Assembly (NCBI GenBank): GCA_035381305.1
Contig: DAOSYK010000001.1
Location: 175,218-239,217, forward strand
Reading direction: 5' to 3'
From: Clostridia bacterium
Lineage (GTDB): Bacteria; Bacillota; Clostridia; Christensenellales; DTU072
DNA length: 64,000 nucleotides
Both the position numbers and the translations under genes were made by a program. The notes beneath the pieces were generated by a model. That model was given only the letters and a program-made list of their open reading frames with translations. It was not told the origin of the DNA and did not search any database. Positions 1 through 9,204 of this stretch are shown here, one piece after another (position 1 is the stretch's first letter; each line of letters begins with the position of its first letter).

Positions 1-3000
1 TCTTACAGAGATAATTTCACTTTTGACGGCTGGTACACCGATCAGCAGTACCTCGGCGAAAGGGTCGTCGCGCCTTATACACTTAATGCCGACACATATT
101 TTTACGCCAAGTGGATAGACAACCGCCGTTGCACCGTGACTTTCTATGACCTTAGCGAAATCTATTATCAATTTGAGGTCGTTTACGGCTCCAGCATAAA
201 CCTTGAGGACATGGAGAGCTATCCCGCTCCGCCCGCCAAATTAGGCAAGCAGTTTGTCCGCTGGGAAAGAGAGGAAGGCGACGAATCGATGATTACAAGC
301 GACCTTGTAGTCAGAGCAAAATACGATACATTGCAATGCAAGGTTGAAGTGCAGGGCGACGCGCCCGTAATGGTTTACTATGGCAACACATTCCGCTTTG
401 ACAGAGTACCCCCTGCCGAAAACGGTTATCAGACAAGATGGGTCGTCTATATCGACGGTAGCAGTGAGATGGTCGAGTTGTCCGACCCGCGTCTGAATTA
501 CAATGAAGAAACCAAGACATTTACAGTGGAAAACGACCTCAGAATTGAGGTATACAGGCAGATAAACGTATACGAAATAAGGGTATACAACGGCTTGCCC
601 ACGCAGTCGGAGTCCAACCTCAAAGCGGGTAATATAATCATCGACCAGGTTTATGATAGCAACGGCGGTATTTTCCGCAGAGAGTACAATTCCAACTTCA
701 ACCTCGCTATCACCGACGGCAGAAACGACGTTATCGCAACTCAATATGAAGGCTATAGCGTAGAGTGGTGCTTCATAACCTATGACGAAACCAACAAGGA
801 GATATGGAGAAACGCCAATAACCTTGTCTGGAATGACGAAGCGGGCAAATTCATCGAAGAAATAGGCAACTCCTCTTCCCGCAACTATGAATTAAAGGAC
901 GCCGCAGGCAATGTCCTTGCAAGAATTCAGAACGGCAACATCACTCAGATTCAGGGCAGTATCACAATTAAGCCCAAATATACCAAGAAGATTTACAAGG
1001 TAACATTGACGAGAAATAACCAGGAACTCCCGCTAAGCTTCAATGTACCTTATTATACCGACTTTGCCTTGTACGATCCTTCCCTCAAGGAATATGAGGG
1101 CAGGTATTCCGACTGGACGGAAGTCAAGGACAGTTATCTCAAAAACACCGTTGCCGACTGGCTCACCAATGAAATGGCAGGCGAAGAGACTTGGCAGACG
1201 GCAAAATGGGATATTGCGTGGTACAACAACCCCAGCAGTACCGCCAACGAGTACAAAGTGAATTTCGAATACAACGACCAGGCGGAAGCGTACGGCTACT
1301 ACACGATAAGGGAAAATACCGTATTGTACGCAAGAGATATTGACAACCGGACTTATGACATAATCATAAGGTACGGCTACAATTTCGCCAACGGTATGTA
1401 TACCAAAGAGGTGAAGTACACCGACTATAAGCAGCAACAGGCGTTGGAACTGCCCGCCGATCTTACCGACAGCATCACTTACGACGGCGTGACGTATTCT
1501 TACTTAGGCTTATACGACTTCCCGTACAGCGGACCCAATACCAAGAATTACGGCTCACAGGTAATCAACCAGGACGCCCGCACAAAGAACGAGATCTATT
1601 ACGCCCATTATGGCAACAGCCGAAAATACGAAGTGCGCATAGTGGATAAGGCGCAGAGCGAAAGTTATCCCGCCGATTCGCCTTTCGCTGTTCTCGACGG
1701 CTCCATTTATTACGAGGTATACAGCGGCACGACGTTTAATTCGTCCATGCTCTACAAGGGCACGCCCAACACCCCGGGACAAGTCTATTACAACAATAAG
1801 ACGTTCTACGAGAACTTCAACGCCGTGACAACTCCGCGCTATCAGTCTCTCATCACCTTCTACGGCGGAAACAAGACTGAGGCTCTTGCGGAAATAAACA
1901 GACTTATTGACGAGAAAGAGGCGATAATAAGGGCCTATACCGAGTTGTTAGGGTATCTTAATACTTACAATTACGGTCAGATAAATCTTGACGGGTATTC
2001 CTCTTATGTCGAGTATTACAACAAGTTCTTCGCCTCGGGCACAGGAAATTATGATCTCAAAACTACATACGGCGAGTACGTAGGCACGTCTTACAGGTAT
2101 ATATCCAACGCTTATAATGCCCTCAGGGAAGAGATTTTCGACCTTAAGGAAATGCGCACCCTCATAAGCAATTATGACGCTGATTTGTTGAGAGCCTCGA
2201 CATATGAAAACGATTGGGATTATTATCCCTATTCCGATTCGGTTAATCATCTAAACGGAATAAACCCGGGCGTGACCGACTACTATTTCGCGGGCTGGTA
2301 CTATGATCCGCAATACACCCAGAAAGCCGACGATATCTCGACCGATCCCGAAAATCCCATGCTCTTCTCGATGCGTGTATTCCGAGACATTACTCTGTAC
2401 GCCAAGTGGGTGGACAAGAAGAAGGGAAGCGAAGGTCTGATTTTCGAAAAAGTAGGAGACAAAATGGTTATCGTCGTCGACTACCTCAACGCGGCTCAAA
2501 GCGAGGGCAAGTACACAGGCGAAAATTATTCCCGCAACCTTAACGACCAGGATAAGATGCCTATAGACCTTGGCACGAAAATATCCGTTCAGATTCCGTC
2601 CGAGCATAAACTGGAGGGAACGGGCGAAGTTTGCACCGTAGTAGGAATTGTCGCTGGCGCGTTTGACATAAACGCATCGATAATTACCGATATATCCCTT
2701 CCCAACACCATAAAATTTGTCGAGGAAGGCGTATTCAGATATACAGGCTTAAGGGTCATCTCCTATCAGACGGGAGATACAAATTACCTCTATTCCGACG
2801 CCGATATAGCGCTTTATCAGAATCTTGATTATACACAACTCAACAATGTTGGATTATCAGACGGCAGGACGCTTGGCTCATACCGCGCGGGCACTCTTAT
2901 CGCTTACGCGAGCAAGTCGATAGTCAACACCGTTTACAATATACCCGATGCAATAGACGGCAGGCCTATATTCCGCATCGGCGATCACGCTTTCAGAAGC

Positions 3001-4977
3001 ACCGGAGCGCTCGTCACGGTCAACATCGGAAAAAACGTAGAGGAAATAGGCGACTATGCTTTCATGGGATGCAACAAGCTTGCCGAGGTATATCTCCCCA
3101 ACAGCCTTACGATTATCGGCGTAAATGCCTTCAAAGACTGCGGATTTTTGAAAGACATCCACTTTGTGCCTTCTCCCGAGCATCCCGTCTCCGTCCTCAG
3201 CGTAATTAAGAAAGGAGCGTTTGAAAACACCGCATGGCTTATAAACAGCAACGGACTTGTCATGATAGATACCATTCTCATCGGCGTTCAGGTGAGAGGC
3301 GACGGACAGGGCTATGAAAAAGACGGCGGCGGAAATGTAATTGTCAACGAGAACAACGAGAAGATGATAATCGGCCGCGAAAACGGCGATGTGATTTACA
3401 CAATCTACATCAACGCAGCCACCGATGCCGTTTCACGCATCGTCATAAATAAGGCGATAACGGTAATTTGCGATCACGCGTTCAGCGGAATAACAGGACT
3501 TGTGTCCCTCGACATTAACGCTGAAAACCTCGTCTTAGTCGACGATTACGCATTCAACAACTGCAGCGGACTTAATGTCATTTACTGGCGCGGCGCCTCG
3601 TCCGAAATCACCATCGGCGAAAACATCCTCGCGGGCTGCAGCAGGAATATCTCCTTCGTCTTCCCCAAGTATTACTTCACCGCCGACAATATGCTGACGG
3701 GTGCAAGATGGGCAGAGCTCGTCGCCAACATCGATATGATGGAAATCGAGGAAGGAGCATACAGCACCCTTTACTATTACCGCAAGGCGCAGGGCACGAC
3801 AGTAACCATCCCGTCCTTTGTAACGGCAGTTGCGGACAACGTGTTCAGCTCAGGCTTCGGCAATATCGCTCAGCTCATTATTCCCAATTCCGTTGTGAGA
3901 ATCGGCTCCTACGCTTTTGCCAATATGACCGACATTACATCTGTATATATCCCCGCGAGCGTTACCGAAATAGGTCTGGGCGCATTCTACAACTGCACAA
4001 GGCTCATTCAGCTCTCGGCGCCCTTTATCGGCGGCTCGGCGACTATTAACGGGTACCTCGGATACATCTTCGGCGACGGAAGCGTTACCGCTTTAAACCA
4101 GGTCAATTATGTGACCGCGTCCCTCGAGACCTTTACGCTTGTGGCAAATCCCGCATACACCGATATCGCTGCCTACGCAATGTACGGACTTAAGATCATT
4201 AACCTCACCCTTGCAGACAATATCATCACCATAGGAAATCACGCGTTTGAAGGCAACGACAGATTAAGAGGCATAGCGTTTACCTCGTACATTCAGACAG
4301 TGGGCGACTACGCCTTCTACGGCAACACAAGCCTTACGAGTATTACCTTCCCGACATACAGCAACATTTCGACCTTCGGGGATTATTCCTTCTACGGCTG
4401 CACCAGCCTTGCCGCCCTCAGCCTTAATCTCAACGCGAGGACAATAGGGGCTTACGCTTTCGCGGGGTGCACCCTGTTGCGAAACGTCACGATAAACAGA
4501 AACCTCGAGACGATAGGAAACAATGCGTTTGACGGTTGCTCCACGCTCCAGAACGTCGTATTCCCCGCAGAGTCGGCGCTTACCTCTATCGGAAACTACG
4601 CCTTCAGAAACTGCGCGATACTGACAAACATAGCAATAAGCGACAGCGTTACTTCAATAGGACTTGGCGCGTTTGAAGGCTGCAATAACCTCTCAAGCAT
4701 AACGCTCGGCTTTGTCGGCGAAAACTTGCTCGGCACGGACGCGACCCACTTTGGATACATCTTCGGCGCCGCGGCCTATAACGACAATGCCGCAAAGGTA
4801 CCTGCCGCGCTTAAGACCGTCACGATAAGGGCAAACAAGAACGGCACGACGATAACTATTGCCGACTACGCGTTCTACAACCTTACCAACCTTACGACAA
4901 TCAACCTCTCGGGCGCTGACATCGCAAGCATCGGAGCAAATGCGTTTGCCGGGTGCCCCGCTCAAGTTATACAATAA
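1..4977 (+). CDS. Giant surface protein, 5'-truncated by window edge: InlB B-repeat (Flg_new) region followed by BspA-type leucine-rich repeats
   Basis: Frame 1 is open from base 1, so the tracked GTG at 136 is internal. Nt 1-120 encode FTFDGWYTDQQY...YFYAKW, and a second YYFAGWYYDPQY...LYAKW motif occurs mid-protein. The C-terminal ~780 aa are repeated I..IG..AF.GC..L..I.IP.SVT.IG..AF units (LRR_5/BspA type). No LPXTG or TM at the C-terminus. Confidence 0.85.
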   Translation, partial: SYRDNFTFDGWYTDQQYLGERVVAPYTLNADTYFYAKWIDNRRCTVTFYDLSEIYYQFEVVYGSSINLEDMESYPAPPAKLGKQFVRWEREEGDESMITSDLVVRAKYDTLQCKVEVQGDAPVMVYYGNTFRFDRVPPAENGYQTRWVVYIDGSSEMVELSDPRLNYNEETKTFTVENDLRIEVYRQINVYEIRVYNGLPTQSESNLKAGNIIIDQVYDSNGGIFRREYNSNFNLAITDGRNDVIATQYEGYSVEWCFITYDETNKEIWRNANNLVWNDEAGKFIEEIGNSSSRNYELKDAAGNVLARIQNGNITQIQGSITIKPKYTKKIYKVTLTRNNQELPLSFNVPYYTDFALYDPSLKEYEGRYSDWTEVKDSYLKNTVADWLTNEMAGEETWQTAKWDIAWYNNPSSTANEYKVNFEYNDQAEAYGYYTIRENTVLYARDIDNRTYDIIIRYGYNFANGMYTKEVKYTDYKQQQALELPADLTDSITYDGVTYSYLGLYDFPYSGPNTKNYGSQVINQDARTKNEIYYAHYGNSRKYEVRIVDKAQSESYPADSPFAVLDGSIYYEVYSGTTFNSSMLYKGTPNTPGQVYYNNKTFYENFNAVTTPRYQSLITFYGGNKTEALAEINRLIDEKEAIIRAYTELLGYLNTYNYGQINLDGYSSYVEYYNKFFASGTGNYDLKTTYGEYVGTSYRYISNAYNALREEIFDLKEMRTLISNYDADLLRASTYENDWDYYPYSDSVNHLNGINPGVTDYYFAGWYYDPQYTQKADDISTDPENPMLFSMRVFRDITLYAKWVDKKKGSEGLIFEKVGDKMVIVVDYLNAAQSEGKYTGENYSRNLNDQDKMPIDLGTKISVQIPSEHKLEGTGEVCTVVGIVAGAFDINASIITDISLPNTIKFVEEGVFRYTGLRVISYQTGDTNYLYSDADIALYQNLDYTQLNNVGLSDGRTLGSYRAGTLIAYASKSIVNTVYNIPDAIDGRPIFRIGDHAFRSTGALVTVNIGKNVEEIGDYAFMGCNKLAEVYLPNSLTIIGVNAFKDCGFLKDIHFVPSPEHPVSVLSVIKKGAFENTAWLINSNGLVMIDTILIGVQVRGDGQGYEKDGGGNVIVNENNEKMIIGRENGDVIYTIYINAATDAVSRIVINKAITVICDHAFSGITGLVSLDINAENLVLVDDYAFNNCSGLNVIYWRGASSEITIGENILAGCSRNISFVFPKYYFTADNMLTGARWAELVANIDMMEIEEGAYSTLYYYRKAQGTTVTIPSFVTAVADNVFSSGFGNIAQLIIPNSVVRIGSYAFANMTDITSVYIPASVTEIGLGAFYNCTRLIQLSAPFIGGSATINGYLGYIFGDGSVTALNQVNYVTASLETFTLVANPAYTDIAAYAMYGLKIINLTLADNIITIGNHAFEGNDRLRGIAFTSYIQTVGDYAFYGNTSLTSITFPTYSNISTFGDYSFYGCTSLAALSLNLNARTIGAYAFAGCTLLRNVTINRNLETIGNNAFDGCSTLQNVVFPAESALTSIGNYAFRNCAILTNIAISDSVTSIGLGAFEGCNNLSSITLGFVGENLLGTDATHFGYIFGAAAYNDNAAKVPAALKTVTIRANKNGTTITIADYAFYNLTNLTTINLSGADIASIGANAFAGCPAQVIQ

Positions 4978-4991
4978 ATACGAAAAAATAC

Positions 4992-5020
4992 TTGCTAAAC
5001 GCGAAATGATATGATAAAAT
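4992..5020 (+). promoter_or_regulatory. Sigma-A type promoter for tRNA-Glu (TTGCTA-17-TAAAAT, TGa-extended -10)
   Basis: TTGCTA at 4992-4997, a 17-nt spacer ending in TGA, and TAAAAT at 5015-5020, 20 nt upstream of the tRNA. The same bipartite block recurs upstream of rplU. Confidence 0.5.
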
Positions 5021-5039
5021 CATAACGCAACAAAACCAA

Positions 5040-5114
5040 GGCCCCTTGGTCAAGTGGTCAAGACATCGCCCTCTCACGGCGGTAACAAGAGTTCGAATCT
5101 CTTAGGGGTCACCA
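5040..5114 (+). tRNA. tRNA-Glu (anticodon CUC)
   Basis: 75-nt cloverleaf read by eye. Acceptor GGCCCCT/AGGGGTC, anticodon stem TCGCC/GGCGG (first pair a U-G wobble) with loop C-T-CTC-A-C, T-loop GTTCGAATC, encoded CCA. Confidence 0.9.
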
Positions 5115-5118
5115 AAAT

Positions 5119-5150
5119 GAGGCTGTTCAGATAGGACAGTCTCTTTTTTT
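5119..5150 (+). terminator. Rho-independent terminator after tRNA-Glu
   Basis: GAGGCTGT / ACAGTCTC stem (8 bp, one G-U), 9-nt loop, then T7. Confidence 0.8.
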
Positions 5151-5228
5151 GTGCAACATACGGGTATTGCGCGCGTATCCTTTTTATGGTATAATAATTG
5201 CCAGAATATTTTATAAGGCAGGTAATTT

Positions 5229-7700
5229 ATGGCAGACATCAAAAGTATCGTCAGCAAATTGACACTAGAAGAAAAATCCGCGCTCTGTTCGGGCATCACC
5301 AACTGGCGCACAACCCCTATAAAAAGTCAGAACATCCCCTCGGTTTTCGTCGCCGACGGCCCTCACGGAATGAGAAAAGAGGTGCAGAAAGCCGACGTTG
5401 CAAACATAATGCAGAGTAGCTATCCGTCGACCTGCTTCCCTACCGCGGTAACCCTTGCCAGTACCTGGGACGTCACCCTCGCCGAGAGAGTGGGAAAGGA
5501 AATTGCCGAAGAGGCTATTGACCAAAACGTCGACGTTGTTTTAGGCCCCGGCGTCAATATCAAGAGAAATCCCCTTTGCGGAAGAAACTTTGAGTATTTC
5601 AGCGAAGACCCCTATCTTGCGGGCGAACTGGGCGCGGCATATGTCGCAGGGGTTCAGAGCATGAACGTGGGCACCAGCCTTAAGCACTATGCCGTCAACA
5701 ATCAGGAATACAGAAGACTTACAATAAGCAGCGAGGTTGACGAAAGAGCCTTACGCGAAATCTACCTCACCGCTTTTGAAACTACCGTAAAGAAATCCCA
5801 GCCCTATACGTTAATGTGCTGCTATAACCTCATAAACGGGGTTCACGGCAGCGACAACAAGAAGATCCTCTCCGACATACTCCGCGACGAGTGGGGCTTT
5901 GACGGCATCGTTATCAGCGACTGGGGCGCAATAAACGACAGAGTGAAGGGTATTGTCGCCGGACTTGACCTCGAAATGCCCTCATCCAACGGAATAAACG
6001 ATAAAGAAATTCAGAAAGCCGTAGAGGAAGGCAGACTGAGCATGGAAGATCTCGACAAGGTGGTCACCCGTATGCTCAAGTTTATCTACAAGTGCTACGA
6101 AAACCGCTCAAAGCACGAAGGCGTCAAGGCCGACTACGACAAGCACTATGAAACGGCTTGCGAAGTTGCGACCAAAGGCGCGGTGCTCCTCAAAAATGAG
6201 GATAGCATCTTACCGCTTGCCAAAGGCTCAAAGATAGCGGTTGTGGGCGCGCTCGCCAAGGAAATGCGCTATCAGGGCAGCGGAAGCTCGCGCATCAATC
6301 CTTACAAGCTTACCAGCTTTACCGACTATCTCGACGAGATCAAGGCCGACTACGCTTACGCGGCGGGCTATGATATCAAGAGCGACAAGATCGACAAGGC
6401 GCTCCTCAAAGAGGCTGTGGAACTTGCCAAAGGCAGCGACAAGGTTCTTGTGTTTATCGGGCTTACCGACGAATATGAGAGCGAGGGCTTTGACCGCCAG
6501 CATATGGAACTTCCCGCATCCCACAACTCCCTTGTTGACGCGATAAAAGAAGTAAACAAGAACATAATAATAGTGCTTTCGGGCGGCAGCCCCATGGCTC
6601 TGCCGTGGCTTAACGACGTCAAGGCCGTACTCAATATGTACCTCGCGGGCTGCGCGGGCGGAAAGGCTTGCTACAAACTTCTGTTCGGGGAAGTCAATCC
6701 CAGCGGCAAACTCGCCGAGACCTTCCCGCTGTCACTTCGCGACAATCCCGCCTATCTCTACTACGGAATGGGTCCGAGGACAGTGGAATACAGAGAGAGC
6801 ATTTTTGTAGGCTACAGGTACTTTGACACCGCAAAAAAAGATGTGCTTTTCCCGTTCGGATACGGCCTGAGCTATACGACCTTCGAGTATTCCGACATAA
6901 AGCTCGACAAGGCCGAAATGACAGAAAAGGATACCCTTACAGTATCTTTCAGGATAACAAACACAGGAAAAATTGCGGGCGAAGAAGCCGCGCAAGTCTA
7001 CGTCCACGACAACGAGAGCACAATCTTTAAAGAAGATAAGGCTCTTAAAGGTTTTGTGAAAGTTAAACTTGAAGCAGGCGAAAGCAAAGAGGTTTCGGTG
7101 ACGCTTGACAAACGCAGCTTTGCCTTCTACAACGTCGCCGTAAACGACTGGACAGTAGAGGCAGGCGACTTTACCGTAATGGTGGGCGCGTCCTCACGCG
7201 ACATAAAGCTTACCGAAACTGTAAAAGTAAAAGCGGCAAAAGTCGAAGTACCCGACTATAGGCAGATAGCGCCGGTTTATTACAGCCTTATCCACAGTGC
7301 CGATTACAGCCAGATTGAATTTGAGGAGCTGCTCGGAAGAAAGCTTCCCGAAAACACGCCCCTTAAGAAAGGCGAGATCGACTACAACGCGACGGTAGGC
7401 GATCTCGGAGTGTGCTCCCTCGGTAAGTTCCTCATTTGGGCTACACAGACGTTCAGCTCGCTTGTTCTGCCCAAAGGCAGTCCCGAGTCGCTCAAGAAGA
7501 TGGTAAGGCTTGCCGCGCTCAGCCTGCCGTTACGCAATATGTTCATGATGACCAACGGCATTGTGTCCAGAAAGGTGGTCGACGGGCTTGTCAAGCGTTG
7601 CAACAGCGGTCCTTTCTGCGGAATAGGAATGATAATATCGGGTCTTCTCCACAGAGACGCGAGAAAGGACGCCAATCCCAATTACAAGGTCAGCGAATAA
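5229..7700 (+). CDS. Glycoside hydrolase family 3 (beta-glucosidase/BglX-like)
   Basis: 823 aa. GH3 N-terminal domain with nucleophile motif GFDGIVISDWGA, C-terminal a/b sandwich and Fn3-like domain (FPFGYGLSYTTFEYS), plus a ~130-aa extra tail. A TGGTATAAT extended -10 lies at ~5186. Confidence 0.9.
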   Translation: MADIKSIVSKLTLEEKSALCSGITNWRTTPIKSQNIPSVFVADGPHGMRKEVQKADVANIMQSSYPSTCFPTAVTLASTWDVTLAERVGKEIAEEAIDQNVDVVLGPGVNIKRNPLCGRNFEYFSEDPYLAGELGAAYVAGVQSMNVGTSLKHYAVNNQEYRRLTISSEVDERALREIYLTAFETTVKKSQPYTLMCCYNLINGVHGSDNKKILSDILRDEWGFDGIVISDWGAINDRVKGIVAGLDLEMPSSNGINDKEIQKAVEEGRLSMEDLDKVVTRMLKFIYKCYENRSKHEGVKADYDKHYETACEVATKGAVLLKNEDSILPLAKGSKIAVVGALAKEMRYQGSGSSRINPYKLTSFTDYLDEIKADYAYAAGYDIKSDKIDKALLKEAVELAKGSDKVLVFIGLTDEYESEGFDRQHMELPASHNSLVDAIKEVNKNIIIVLSGGSPMALPWLNDVKAVLNMYLAGCAGGKACYKLLFGEVNPSGKLAETFPLSLRDNPAYLYYGMGPRTVEYRESIFVGYRYFDTAKKDVLFPFGYGLSYTTFEYSDIKLDKAEMTEKDTLTVSFRITNTGKIAGEEAAQVYVHDNESTIFKEDKALKGFVKVKLEAGESKEVSVTLDKRSFAFYNVAVNDWTVEAGDFTVMVGASSRDIKLTETVKVKAAKVEVPDYRQIAPVYYSLIHSADYSQIEFEELLGRKLPENTPLKKGEIDYNATVGDLGVCSLGKFLIWATQTFSSLVLPKGSPESLKKMVRLAALSLPLRNMFMMTNGIVSRKVVDGLVKRCNSGPFCGIGMIISGLLHRDARKDANPNYKVSE

Positions 7701-7705
7701 CCGTT

Positions 7706-8296
7706 ATGGAACTTGTCATTGCAAGCAATAATAAGAATAAGGTCAGAGAGATTACCCAGATTCTGGGTAATTTCTTTGACAGGATGTATTCCCTCAAAGA
7801 TCTCGGAATTGACATCGAAATAGAGGAGACGGGCGCGACGTTTTACGAAAACGCCCTGATAAAAGCCAAAGCCGTCAGCGAAAGAACAGGCATGGCGGCT
7901 CTCAGCGACGACAGCGGTCTGGAAGTAATAGCCTTGGGCGGCGCGCCCGGGGTGTATTCGGCAAGGTATGCGGGAACAGACGGCGACGACGCCGCCAACA
8001 ACGCACTTCTCCTTGAAAACATGGAGGATACCGACGACAGGCGGGCAAGGTTTGTCAGCTGTGTTGTCCTTTACTTTCCCGACGGACAAGTCATTTCGGC
8101 GGAAGGGGAAACGGCAGGGGAGATCTTACGCGAAAAGCAGGGAGAAAACGGCTTTGGCTACGATCCGCTGTTTTACAGCCTCGACCTTAAGAAATCCTTT
8201 GGAGAAAGTTCGGCCGAGGAGAAAAACGGGGTAAGCCACAGGGCAAGGGCGCTTATGGCTCTGAAGGCAAAACTTGACGCCGAAAAAATGGGTTGA
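7706..8296 (+). CDS. rdgB: dITP/XTP pyrophosphatase (RdgB/HAM1 family)
   Basis: The tracked ORF starts at 7436 inside the GH3 gene. The homologous N-terminus MELVIASNNKNKVREI begins at ATG 7706, 5 nt after the GH3 stop. The C-terminal FGYDPLF...SHR motif is typical of RdgB. Confidence 0.9.
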   Translation: MELVIASNNKNKVREITQILGNFFDRMYSLKDLGIDIEIEETGATFYENALIKAKAVSERTGMAALSDDSGLEVIALGGAPGVYSARYAGTDGDDAANNALLLENMEDTDDRRARFVSCVVLYFPDGQVISAEGETAGEILREKQGENGFGYDPLFYSLDLKKSFGESSAEEKNGVSHRARALMALKAKLDAEKMG

Positions 8297-8333
8297 GCGA
8301 TGTGCGAAATTTGAGAAAAAGGCATTAAATTAT

Positions 8334-8362
8334 TTGACAAAGCCGTGCGTTTTTATTATACT
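8334..8362 (+). promoter_or_regulatory. Promoter of the six-tRNA operon (TTGACA-17-TATACT)
   Basis: Consensus -35 at 8334-8339, 17-nt spacer, TATACT at 8357-8362, 22 nt upstream of tRNA-Gly. Confidence 0.6.
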
Positions 8363-8383
8363 TAATAAGCATTTGAGAAATCT

Positions 8384-8457
8384 GCGGGTGTAGTTCAGTG
8401 GTAGAATCCCAGCCTTCCAAGCTGGTTGTGTGGGTCCGATTCCCATCACCCGCTCCA
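8384..8457 (+). tRNA. tRNA-Gly (anticodon UCC)
   Basis: Acceptor GCGGGTG/CACCCGC, anticodon arm CCAGC-CTTCCAA-GCTGG, encoded CCA. Confidence 0.9.
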
Positions 8458-8540
8458 ATGACTACTTTGTAGTCCATACAAATGAAAAGTGTTCACGGGA
8501 AGCCGCAGGGCTTTCCCGTGGACAAGTTAAAAACCGATAC

Positions 8541-8617
8541 GGATCAGTAGCTCAGTAGGATAGAGCAACGGCCTTCTAAGCCGTAGGTCGGAGGTTCGAA
8601 TCCCCCCTGGTTCGCCA
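8541..8617 (+). tRNA. tRNA-Arg (anticodon UCU)
   Basis: Anticodon arm ACGGC-CTTCTAA-GCCGT and T-loop TTCGAAT. The acceptor stem has two G-U pairs and the T stem has one A-C mismatch. Encoded CCA. Confidence 0.8.
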
Positions 8618-8622
8618 CCCGA

Positions 8623-8699
8623 GGTGGGTATAGCTCAGCTGGAAGAGCGCCAGATTGTGGCTCTGGAGGTCGTGGGTTCGAGACCCACTACTCACCCCA
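8623..8699 (+). tRNA. tRNA-His (anticodon GUG)
   Basis: Extra G(-1) opposite C73, acceptor GTGGGTA/TACTCAC, anticodon arm CCAGA-TTGTGGC-TCTGG, encoded CCA. Confidence 0.9.
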
Positions 8700-8724
8700 T
8701 TATAGTATAGGGTACACTTATTAT

Positions 8725-8799
8725 AGGGGTGTCGCCAAGCGGTAAGGCACGAGACTTTGACTCTCGCATTCGTAAGTTCAAATCTTGCCACCCCTGCCA
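8725..8799 (+). tRNA. tRNA-Gln (anticodon UUG)
   Basis: Acceptor AGGGGTG/CACCCCT, anticodon arm CGAGA-CTTTGAC-TCTCG, encoded CCA. Confidence 0.9.
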
Positions 8800-8813
8800 T
8801 TGACGTAAACAAT

Positions 8814-8889
8814 GATTCATTAGCTCAGTCGGTAGAGCATTTGACTTTTAATCAAAGGGTCCGGAGTTCGAGCCTCCGATGGATCACCA
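8814..8889 (+). tRNA. tRNA-Lys (anticodon UUU)
   Basis: Acceptor GATTCAT/ATGGATC, anticodon arm TTTGA-CTTTTAA-TCAAA, T-loop GTTCGAGCC, encoded CCA. Confidence 0.9.
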
Positions 8890-8909
8890 AAAAAGGTTTC
8901 TTGCCGTGT

Positions 8910-8992
8910 GCGGATATGGCGGAACTGGCAGACGCGCCAGACTTAGGATCTGGTGAGCAATCGTGGGAGTTCAAGTCTCTTTATCCGCACCA
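8910..8992 (+). tRNA. tRNA-Leu (anticodon UAG), class II with long variable arm
   Basis: 83 nt. Acceptor GCGGATA/TATCCGC, anticodon arm CCAGA-CTTAGGA-TCTGG, long variable arm, encoded CCA. Confidence 0.9.
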
Positions 8993-8999
8993 CACAAGA

Positions 9000-9029
9000 A
9001 AAACCGTCTTATTCAGGCGGTTTTCTTTC
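9000..9029 (+). terminator. Rho-independent terminator of the tRNA operon
   Basis: AAAACCGTC / GGCGGTTTT hairpin followed by a T-rich tail. Confidence 0.75.
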
Positions 9030-9204
9030 GTTTATAAGGATTTTCGACATCTTTTCATAGTTGAAGAATAGTTTTGAAACATTTGTGTAACAAAAAGTAG
9101 CAAGATGCAATGATTTATATAATGAAAAAGAGAACATTATTTAATTGTATAATCGGTTTGTCAGCGTTATAATTAAATAATACAGGACTTTTTTGGGAGG
9201 GGTT

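Noticed and set aside
8458-8540. 83-nt spacer between tRNA-Gly and tRNA-Arg with two hairpins (TTTGTA-GTCCA-TACAAA; CACGGGAAGC...GCTTTCCCGTG), considered as a small RNA or internal terminator.
   Set aside because: There is no U-tract and no independent promoter. It is most simply a processing or spacer structure within the tRNA operon.
9122-9172. 16-codon sORF MKKRTLFNCIIGLSAL*, resembling a truncated signal peptide.
   Set aside because: It has no SD sequence, is very short, and lies in the AT-rich promoter region of the phosphatase gene. Coding status cannot be supported from the sequence alone.
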